A stretch of DNA of 60,375 nt, filler included, from Thelocarpon superellum (lineage: Eukaryota), in NCBI GenBank assembly GCA_026025795.1. It is 2 parts of 2 records of this genome, joined end to end, with 100 filler letters (N's around TTAATTAATTAA, not from the genome) between each part and the next. Parts side by side here need not be neighbours in the genome. Positions count along the whole stretch, not along the records: positions 30,248 to 60,375 come from JAPEUG010000208.1; 1 more part is not named here. One strand, given 5' to 3'. Position 1 is the first letter of the stretch. Each line of letters starts with the position of its first letter. Below the pieces are notes generated by a model. The model was not told where the DNA came from. It made no database searches and saw only the letters and a list, made by a program, of their open reading frames with translations. Positions 50,240 through 60,375 of the stretch are shown in pieces. Position numbers and translations under genes: made by a program.

Positions 50240-52517
50240 TCAAACGGCCCCACCACTACCTCCTCGACCACCACCTTGATTCTGATCGAGCAGCAGTTTA
50301 GGCTTGATAAAGTCCTCGTCCAGCTGCCGGAACCAGGCCGCCTGGTCTTCTGACGTGCCTGAGAACAGTTGCGTGATGGCCCCCCGCGCCGTGAGATGAC
50401 CGTCGTGGCTCTCGCTCGGCCCGGCCGTGCCCGACGTCGGGTAAGGGGCCGGACTCGCGCCGGATCGGGCAGTGCCGCTCGCTTGGGGCGAGGGTCGGCG
50501 GTGAGGCGAGAGTCGCGAGGCCGGAGGTGGTAAATCGGATGTGTCCGAGTCGCCATCGTCCTCATCCTCCGTGCCAACCGTGCCGCGGCCCATGAGCTGC
50601 TGTTGTGCGGGATCGGCGTCTTTAGCACCCCGGACAGAATTGCGGCGCGTGGCCAGGTCGGATTGCGGACGATCGGGTGGGCTGTCGTTGCCCGTTGTAT
50701 ACGCGTTGCCATTCGGGCTTGGCGGGACCTGGCGCGCCGCGTTGACCGGCGAGAGGGCCAGGCCTCGGGCGTTGGGTCGTGGCGTGTGGCCGACGCCGCT
50801 GCCGAAGCGCTTGTAGTATGTGCCGCCCGCGACTGTCTCGATATCGAACTCGTCGTCCGAGTCGATCTCCTCGACAACGCCGGTGCGGATGCCCAGGATC
50901 TCGAGCATACGTGACGTCGTCCCGCCGAAGATGATGACCGTCAGCACCACCACCACTAGCACCGTCGCTCGCAGCGCGTGGCTATTGGGTCCCTGTAGAC
51001 TCGCTGCCAGCGCCACGCCAACCGCGCCCCGAAGCCCGGCCCAGAACAGCATAGCTTGGTAGGGGTAGGGCAGCTCATCGGCCACGTCCTTGCCGCGCCG
51101 ACGCGCCCGATAGCGGATGAACCAGTTGATGGCCTTTGAGAGTGGGAAGACGGCGGCCCATCGGGCCGCGCAGATGCCGGCGAAGGTGACGAGGATGAAC
51201 AGTGGCTTAAAGTCCATGTTCTTCTCTGTGAACAGCGACAGGCCAAGGTAGATGAAGATGAAGTTTTCCGACAGTTGCGACAGCACTTGGAAGAGGTATT
51301 TCGTCGTGAGCTGGGTGCGTCGCGACATGTTGTAATAGGCGTAGTGCTTCAAGGTAATGCCGCAGAACAGTAGCGAAACGATGCCTAGAAAACGAACGTT
51401 GGTCAGTGGCTGAGCCGGAGGGGGAGACGATAACTTCGGCACGTACCCGACAACTCGAGACCGTTAGAGAAGAAGTAGCTCGCGTATGCGATCAAGATGA
51501 TGAGGCAGCTCTCGATCTTGGGGAACTGTCGCACGCGCGTATATTTGAGACCCAAGGCCGTGGCAATACCGACGATCAATCCAATCAGAAGGCTGCCGAA
51601 GAAGAGCAGGGCGAAGTTGCCCATACCCTCGAGCAATCCGAGGAGGCTTAGGCCCGAGCCACTGGCCCGATGGCGCTGAGCCGTTTCGAAGAGGACGATG
51701 GCGATGGCGTCGTTGAGGATGGATTCGCCAAAGATGACAATGTAGAGCTTCGGGTCGACTTTGTACGTATTGAAGATGGCCAGGATGGTGACGGGATCCG
51801 TAGCGGACAAGGTGGCGCCAACAGAGATGGCCTCGACCAGGGAGATGTCGAGACCCTCGATCTGCATCCGCGTCCAGAGGAAGATGATGAGGCCTAGGAC
51901 GACGGCGGAGATGAGGGTGCCGGCAAAGGCAAAGGTGAGGATGGTGCCGATGTTGCGGAAGAAATTGGCCTGATGCAATTCGTAGCCCGAGGCTAAGATG
52001 ATGGGTGGGAGGAGAAGATTGAAGAAGAATTGGTAGTCGAAGCTGACGCTGTCTTGGATCGAGTTCCCCGAGGTCAATCGAATGACCAGACCCACCACCA
52101 TTCCTACGGACGCACATCAGCCTTCGATCGCGGATCGTCAGTGGGCGAGGCTCGGACGCACCAGCGAAGATGGAGATGACGGTCTCGTGAACGGCCTGAA
52201 TCCTCTTTCGCTGCAGCATGTAGCTGGAGAAGAGGGCAAGGATGAGGAGGACGATCAGGATGAAGAGCGCCCAAGAGGAAAACTTCTCTTTCTGCCCCAC
52301 CTCGCCAGGGTCTGAACACAAGAAGGGTTAGCACGAGGGGGTCCATGAGCTTGAGGCGGATAGTAGACGTCTAGCACGTACCCTCGCCATCAGCATCGTC
52401 GGCCTCACGTCCTGGATTTGGTCAGCATATCGTGTCTCTGGGGACAGCGCGGAGGTAGGGGCACGCACGAAGCAGCTCGACCACGGTCGAGCTTACGGCC
52501 GACGCCATGAAACCCAT
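50240..52517 (-). CDS. NHX1: Endosomal Na+(K+)/H+ exchanger (CPA1), multi-exon
   Basis: Has FFNLLLPPIILASGY, SATDPV, FGESILNDA, GIVSLLFCGI, WAGLRGAVGVALA and LDEDFIKPKL. Confidence 0.93.
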
Positions 52518-53619
52518 GGCGGACTGGCCCCGCACTGGGCTCGCAACGAAGAGTTGGATCACCAGAGAGACACTGCCGCGTGTCGATAGGAGATATAGGA
52601 GTCATTCGACTGGACGGATTGAACGGTGGCTGTGTCTGTCACACCAAGTAGGTCGGCGAAGCTATTCCTCGATGCTTTGATGCCACATTCGACTTCATTT
52701 GTTCCGAACGATGATGACTAATCGAAACATGCACGTGGCTGCTTCTTGACGTTGGCTTGACACCACTCTCTTACGGATTGGCACCATTCGACCTTCTCGC
52801 GCCAGCGCCTGTACGAGTGCGTGGGCAGAGTACCCGCAGCGACCGCCGAGTTCGGCTTATCTAATTATGTTACTATGTTGTTGGCGGCGCCGCGACGGCA
52901 AAAGGATCCAGGGTCCCCCCTCAATCTGGCACGGTTGATGCGCAGTCATATGCGGGGAATACTGCGGGACAGACTCGAGAGGTTCTTCGTGTTCTCCGCC
53001 GCGCCAGCTCGTTGGTCAAGCCTGAGTAGCGGGATCATGCAGGAACAGTGAGGTGGCCATCGGGCTCCCTGTGAGGGTGCGCATTGCTTCAGTTCGAGCT
53101 GGCACCGCTGGACCCACAAGTTCGGCTACAGTTATGTTACCAACGTAGGACGAAGTACAAAGTACGTTTGGCGGTAGGGGACGCAAAACGATGTCATAGG
53201 GCCTGTAGGCACTTGCGTAGCGCTGCCTTGCGGGCAGCCAGGTGATTCCTCCACAACTCCTTCTCGTACCTGTGACGCCGTTCGTGAACCTTGGTTGCCT
53301 TCTTGGTCTCGCTGGTGCTTCCCTATCGTTGCTGACCATGACCCGGTGAGCATCCTCAGCTGCCCCACGACCTAGAACTATGGGCATTTATCACTTGTCG
53401 TCCCTCTTCACCACCCGCACCACCCGCACCACCCGTCCCACCTACGCTTAACTTCATCACAGATGTAACCTGCCCCGCGCTCCCGGAACTCCCGGCCGCG
53501 TCTCCGTCTGACCTCTGGCTCGCCTTGATGCCGCCATCCACGCATCAAATTCGAGTGTTTTGTCGTGCGCACACTGGACGCGTCAAAGGATAGGACTTCC
53601 TCGGCCACCGTCCGTGTCC

Positions 53620-55654
53620 ATGTCGACCGATGGTCCCTCATCCCCCGCCCGCCATGCTCCACGCCATGCTCGGCCCCGGTCGACGATGACCCCACGGCCT
53701 GGCGCCTCCGGGCGACGCTCGATCGACCGGGCGCCAGAAGCATCGAACGAGCATTCTCCTTTGCTTTCGCCGCGACTCTCCCCCACCCTCGCCGGCTCGG
53801 ATGGCCCGTCAACGCGCGAAGATCGGGAGAACCACGAACAAGAGAGCAAGAGCACTCTGTACCTGATCCTACTGGTGATCAGCATCGGAGGTCTGCAGAT
53901 CGCGTGGTGTGTCGAGCTCTCAAACGGCACGCCGTATCTTCTCTCGCTGGGCTTAAGCAAGTCCGTGATGGCGCTTGTGTGGATTGCTGGTCCTCTCTCG
54001 GGCACACTGGTGCAACCGTACGTGGGCATTCGCAGCGACAACTGCCGCGTGCCATGGGGCAGACGGAAGCCCTTTATGATCGGCGGAGGGCTTGCGACTA
54101 TTCTGTCGTTACTCGGTCTTGCCTGGACCAAGGACATGGTGCATGGCGCATGTGGCTTCCTCGGCATGGACGTATCCTCGGAAGGCGTCAAGGTGTTGAC
54201 CATCATCACCGCTGTGGTTTTGGTCTATGTTCTTGATTTCTCCATCAACACAGGTAAGTTGGCCATTTGGTGTGAGGAATGAATTCTGACATAAGTTGTC
54301 ACGACAGTTCAGGCGGCTATTCGCGCCTTCATTGTGGACTGCGCACCGACGCATCAGCAAGAGAGTGCCAACGCTTGGGCCGGCCGCGTGACTGGCTTGG
54401 GGAATATTCTGGGCTACCTCTCGGGATATGTCGACCTCCCCCGGATCATGCCATTCTTTGGCAATACGCAATTCAAGGTGCTGTGCGTCATCGCGAGTCT
54501 ATCCTTGGGCAGCACGGTCCTCATCAGCTGTCTCTCTATTCACGAGCGTGATCCACGTTTGGATGGCCCGGCGGCGGATGACGGCGGCGGTGTGATTTCG
54601 TTCTTCCAGCAAGTTTTCCGGTCCATCAAGAGGCTACCGCCGCAGATCCGGGCGGTGTGCGACGTGCAGTTCTTTGCGTGGATCGGCTGGTTTCCGTTCC
54701 TCTTCTACATTACGACTTATATCGGACAGCTGCGTGAGTCGTGGAGTGGGCACTGGTATGGCGGTGAATCGAGCACTGACAAGCTCCATAGATGTCAACC
54801 CCATCTTTGCGGAGAACCCACACATGTCACGCGACGAGGTCGATGCCGTGTGGGAGCATGCGACGAGAATCGGCACCTTTGCCTTGCTCATATTCGCCTT
54901 TACCTCGTTTGCAGCCAACATGCTGCTTCCCTTTATCGTGGCCCCATCTTATGTGCGGGTTCCCCCAACGGCCATGGCGACCTCCCCACGGAAGCCTTGG
55001 CTCGATCGACTAGTCATCCCATGGCTCACACTTCGGCGGGCATGGCTACTCTCTCACCTCCTGTTTGCGCTTACGATGATCATGACCTTTTTCATCCGGG
55101 ACTCAACATCCGGAACCGTACTGGTTGGCGTTATCGGGATTGCCTGGGCCTGCACGTTATGGGCCCCCTTTGCCCTGATCGCTGCCGAGATATCCAAACG
55201 CGAAGCGATCCGTCGCGGACGCCTCCGCGTCCCGGACGCTCCTTCGATCCTAGAAGACGGCTTCGAAGACCAGGCGGGCATCGTCCTCGGTCTGCACAAC
55301 GTGGCCATCGCCGCACCGCAGATCATCGCCACCGTCGGCAGCAGCCTCATCTTCCGAGCGCTGCAGAAGCCACGCGGGACGGCGGGTGATGACAGCGTTG
55401 GCTGGGTCCTTCGCGCCGGGGCAGTTTTCACTCTCATCGCAGCCTACATGGCGACACGAGTGGGGGAGGAACGCGAGAATGCCGTCGTGGTTGACTCAAC
55501 CAAAATCGACGAAGTAGAAGTGCCAGACGTTGACGTGGACGGAGCAGATTACGAGGGCGACAATGAAGATAATGACAGTGGGTATGAGGACGTGGGACGA
55601 CCAAGGGGACGGAGCCGGAGACGAATTTTCGATCGATTAAGACGGGCTCCTTAA
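53620..55654 (+). CDS. Sucrose/alpha-glucoside:H+ symporter, GPH family (Sut1-like), 2 introns
   Basis: Has GLQIAWCVELSNGTPYL, WIAGPLSGTLVQP, SDNC..WGRRKPF, DFSINTVQA, FAWIGWFPF and GLHNVAIAAPQ. Confidence 0.9.
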
Positions 55655-56801
55655 TAGGACATGGGACAGAGAAGGTGGGAGGCATCACTTGTGAGACTGG
55701 CGTGCACACTACATATCCGTCCCTAAACGCACTTTTATGATTCCCCAATTCAGCCTATACTGCAGCATCTGCATACTCATGAACATATGCCGTTGTTCAC
55801 CCTGATGAGCTGCAGGAGGCCTCCCAGTACCCCGCACATCAAGCAACCACGTAGGAAGAGGGGCAAGATCACAGACCTCCTGATGCTGCTAACACCCGGA
55901 GCTCTCCCCATTGAATGAAATGCCTCGAGGGCACATATAGCCAGGATGCCCCTTGAGGAGGTCCCCCGTTGTTCCTCCCTCGCATATTGTCATCTGCTGG
56001 AGCTTACCTCACCGCGATCAAAGGCCGAGTTGACGGCCGCAAGAGACCGCCTACCTGTCCTCTATGACTACCGCAGTTGCCAGCCGCCGTCGTGCAAGAC
56101 TCTATTCGGAGCCGGTCCCTGAGCACCGTCATAATCGCGGAAATCTGGTTCCGAGACGACTGGAAGATGGGAAGTTTGGACGCCGGGAGTCCTCCTGGTT
56201 ATAGCCATGTCTGATGAGTGAACATGGAATACTGGGTGTGCTGACGTGCCAGGAGGTCTCTGGCTAGGCGAGGCTGAAGTTCGAAGCGACGGCCGGTGCA
56301 GTTCTGCTTTCTTCGGGGGCCCCTCCGTTACACGAGGTTTTACGGAGTATGGTCGGGACTCCTATACGTCATCGCTTTTTCAGAATCAGATTCGCAGTTT
56401 CGGGTTAGATCAAACGTGGATCATCGATTCATTAAAGTGCTGCAGAGGGCGTCGTAGACGTGATGTCGAGGTGTAGATAACCAGACACGCGTTTCTGAGA
56501 TCGAGAGACCGAAAGAGACACACGGAGAGAGGGAGAGAGAAAGGAAAAGGATAAACATGAGGAGAAAGAGGAAATCCGTAATTCCGTGAGAACGGTGAGC
56601 ACCACCATGATCACCACATTTTTGTGTTCGAGTCTTGAAGGGTTTGTGGTGGGTCGGAGAGGAGAAGTGCAGATTACAGGACGACCAACACAACAGGGAA
56701 TCTAGAGGTGCCTGCCAGCGCCATGATCGAGCAGGGGGGTCAACGCCACAAGTCGCCGCCAAATCCAAAGCCAATTCCCACCCAATATGATTCCCCATGC
56801 C

Positions 56802-59107
56802 TTACATGGGTTGCTGCAGCATCTGTTGCGTGTTCATGAGCTGGTTGGGCGTGTTCATCGCCGAGCCCGGCATTCCCAGTGGCGCTGTCATGGCCGTCAT
56901 GTCGCCGATCGACCCGGTGAGGTAGCCTTGCTCCGAGTTGGGCGACGCCTCTTCCAGCGAGCCCAGTTGTTCGTCCTCTCCCTCGAGGTCCTCTTCGCTG
57001 AAGCTACCGTACGCTTCGCCGCCACCTTCCATTTTCTCGTGCGTGCGTCGGTGCCTATTGAGGGATGGGTCAGCAAGAGAAACCATCTCACTAGGTGCGT
57101 GGACGCTTACTGTGCGAGGTTGTCCGACCGCGAAAAGGCCTTGTTGCAGTGCGGGCAGATATAAGGACGTTCCTGCGTGTGCGTTCGCACGTGCCGCTTG
57201 AGATGTTCTAACCGCTTGAAGAGGCGGCCGCAGGTGGGGATGGGGCACGAGTGCGATTTCTGTGGGTACGGTCCCAGCTCCATCACCGTGGCGCTGCGGG
57301 CTCGGCGCGCCGGGCCCGGACGCTTGTCCGACATGGCGTGCATTCCTCCATCCTGCGACAGGTCGCCGTTGGAGAGCACGCCATACTCGTCGTGTGACGG
57401 CATCGGCCCCATGGAATGCGGCGCCGGGCTGCCCTCAAGCGTCGGTAGAGGCGTGCCGTGGCGGGAGAGTTCGAGCAGATCCTTGTGTTGTGACATGGGC
57501 ATGGCATAGCCGTTGGTCAGGCCCGGGGGCGAGTCGTTGACCGACTCGTCGCCCTCCGTCAGCGGCACCACCGAGCTCGAGACGGAGCGTCGCAGGTCGC
57601 TGGGGCGGTGCGCCGTGTGAGCGCCCGCTCCACCGGCGGCCGTGGCGGCAGCGACTGCGGCAGCCATACCCGGCGGGATCGATGAGCGTCGTCGTCGCTG
57701 CTTGTAGGTGGGTGAGCCTTCGATGACCGAGTACACGCCGTTGCCGCCGAAACCACGCGGGTTGGGCGTGAATTGCGCGCCCGTCAGGTTCGACGGCGGC
57801 AGTTGCATCAGCCCGTTCATGTTGCCCATCGAGTGCACTTCAGGGATGGCCGTGTACAGGCCGGTGTCCTCGTTGGCGATGTACGCCGGCTCTGCTCCCA
57901 GTGGGATCGCTTGCTGGGGTGGCGTGATGGGCTCGTACGAGATGCCGCGGTTGCTGTAGTCCTCGTACTGCGACGACACAAAAGACGGCGCGGGTGAGTA
58001 CTCCATGTACGTCGGCATCGACGCATGACGCTGGTGGGCGCGCGACAGCGGGATGCCGTTGCGATCATACTGCATCTGGCCGAAGTCGGGTTCCATGCGC
58101 TTCGGGGCGCCGTTGGGGTTGTTGGCGGCAACGTTCATGTTTTGCGGCATCGATGACATCTGACTGAAGTTGGTGACCTGGTTGAGCTCTTCGGGCGCCG
58201 ACTGCGGTACGGAGTTGGGGATCATCTGAGGCGGGGGCATGGAGTCCATGGCGCGCATAACGGGTGAGGTCGACTGCGAGTAGTTGGGGTTCGCGTTGGC
58301 GGAGAAGGAGGACGAGTTGGCTTGTTGCGCCTTGGTGAGCTGCTCGAACAGCGACTGCGAGGAATCGAATTCAAACGACAGCGCCGGCTCGTTGACGGCC
58401 ATGGTCGTCGCCTCCTGGCCCATCTTCTCGCGTTTGAGGTCACGCTCGAGCGCGTCGAGGAAGAGGCGGTCATGAGGCACGCTGTACCAGTAGAAGACCT
58501 TCTGCTTCTTCTGTGTGCGGATGCAGTTGTTCTTGTACAGGAAGTCCAGGAAGCCGCTCTTGGGCTCCTCGAGCGAGGCGTCGGTGCCGGACTTGAGGTT
58601 GCGCAGGTCGGAGAAAATGCCCTCCTCGAACTTCTTGGAGTTCTTGACGGGACGGCCAAATGCCTGGAAGCGGAAGGACAGACATCGTACGATGTCCGTG
58701 CCGGAGATGTGGAAGAGGTTGTTCCTGCGAGCGGGCCAGGTCAATTCGGATCGCGCCCACGTCGGAGGCTCGGGGTCCTACCAGAGCACACACGAGACGT
58801 ATTCGCCGGTGGGAAGGAGGAAGCGTCGGATGTACTGGTCCGGCGTCCAGTCGACCGGCGCGGAGATGAGGAAGTATTTCACTGCGAGGCGGAGGTCAGC
58901 AACTGCGGTCGGTCGGGTGGCACACGCCGCGATGAGACAGGCTGGTGGGGAGAGGAAGGTAAACGCACAGTTGTCGACCTGTTGCAGCGCGACCTGAGCA
59001 TCTTGCGGCAAGCTCTGCTGTGCCTCGTTGGAGAGCATGAAGGTCTCGGGTTTCTGGGGCGGTGCCATGGCGGCCGGATGCGGTTGTGAATACATCATGT
59101 GCGCCAT
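56802..59107 (-). CDS. steA: Ste12-like transcription factor (STE domain + two C2H2 fingers), 3 introns
   Basis: Has [34 protein letters not shown] and [28 protein letters not shown]. Zinc fingers are CPIPTC..HLKRH and CPHC..NLAQ|HRRTH. Confidence 0.96.
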
Positions 59108-60375
59108 CTGTGGCAGGATGGTCGCGGCCCTTTAAGGTTGACTATGCCAAACGGATGGATGAAGGTGCAGAGGAAGACAGGCACAGTGGCCGGTGGCAGG
59201 TGTCGGAGTTGTTGAAGCAAACGAAAGTTGTGTGCGGAGTTCCAGCCTCCAAAGCGAATCAACGCGGGTGAGGCAAGTGAAGGGTGATGTCGAGACCGGC
59301 CTGCGACCAAAACAACCCGGGGCTCTCAAAGTAAAAAGGGTAAAGGAAAAAGGCCAGACGACCGGGGACGCTGGTGGTGACAGCAACAGGTTTGAGGTCG
59401 GCGCGGGATGGGAAGGATGGAGGGAAGGGAGAAGGTAAAAGAGGGAGGGGTGCTGTGATTCAAGCACCGGAACAGCGGCGGTGGAGTTGATGCGAAGCGT
59501 GGTCGGAGAAAGGGACCTGGGTGCCGGGCGGGTTAAAGAAGGCTACGTTTGAGAAGGGTCAGGGCGGGTGGGCGGCTGTAAGAGATCGGAAACCCGCAGC
59601 GAGCTGCTTCGGGGGGGAGGGCAAGCGTGCGAGGATGGGAGGGGGGGTGGACTACCGGGGTGACTTGGTCTTCCTTGGCTCGCTGGGGCCACCGAGGCCT
59701 CCTTGGGGTGGCGCGCTGGTGTCGACGCGGGCGGATTGAGCGGATGATTGGGTGGACGATCGGCCCACTCGTGGAGCAGCCCGTTCCATGGCCGACAAGT
59801 GGGCCATTTTTAGGGGTTGTTCGGCCACGCCCAACCCGCCGGCGCGCCCATCCTCAAACAGGCGCCAGGGGAAGATTGCACGCTGAGGAGCGCGAAGCAG
59901 GGAAGGCGAGTGCGCAACCGTGGGACTAGAATTCTGCCATACTTAGAACAGCTGGCAGGTCACAGGTCGGCCAGTCGCCTCGCTGGCGCCCCGCCCCCGC
60001 CTCTCTCTCTCCCCCCTCCCCTCCTCCACTTCTCCGCCGCTTTCTCTTGCCCCCCGGTTTTTCTCCCGGTTCGCGTTCGGCTGGACTGAGCAGGGGAGGT
60101 GGGAGAGAGCTTCGCGAGTCCGCGCGCGGCTTGTCTCTCACTTGCCTCAAGCGGACGAGTTACGAGCGCAGCCGAGCGGCCTCGTCCACGTTTCTGACAT
60201 GGGGGGTTGTTCCCCGGTCGCTGAACGGACCGGACGATATGACCATCACGACAGCTAGCACTCTGCTCTGCATTCACCACGCAAGACCATCGCGACTTCG
60301 GTCTACTCCTTTTGTCCTTTTGCTCCCCTGCGACCATGTCGAGCGGCGCCGTGCTGGCTGAGCGGGAGGAGGGCT

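Noticed and set aside
1..60375. Transposons or a secondary-metabolite cluster
   Set aside because: No transposase, reverse transcriptase, integrase, LTR/TIR pair, PKS or NRPS motifs were recognised.

Overview
Gene-dense, GC-rich nuclear DNA from a filamentous ascomycete (Pezizomycotina-like), with short spliceosomal introns and CTRAC-type branch points. It carries about 19 protein genes, mostly housekeeping: DNM1, a PEBP/TFS1-like gene, TPC1, a SAM methyltransferase, a gamma-butyrobetaine dioxygenase-like gene, MMS19/MET18, MTD1, RPF2, an SPX-RING ligase, PXMP4, an MscS-like channel, HEM1, a Cps1-like GT2, a Myb-like ORF, RIT1, INO80, NHX1, a Sut1-like transporter and STE12/steA. There is also one intron-containing tRNA-Cys, an amino-acid permease with a frameshift and a premature stop, several G-rich microsatellites and an artificial N-gap spacer. 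The most notable unexplained signal is a roughly 430-nt hairpin-dense, + strand-biased segment between MTD1 and RPF2 (about 15594-16030). It looks like a structured non-coding RNA, but I could not assign it to a known family. Other oddities are a GC-AG intron in HEM1 and a 55-bp tandem triplication that includes the DNM1 stop codon. All gene calls come from recognising motifs by eye; no database searches were run.
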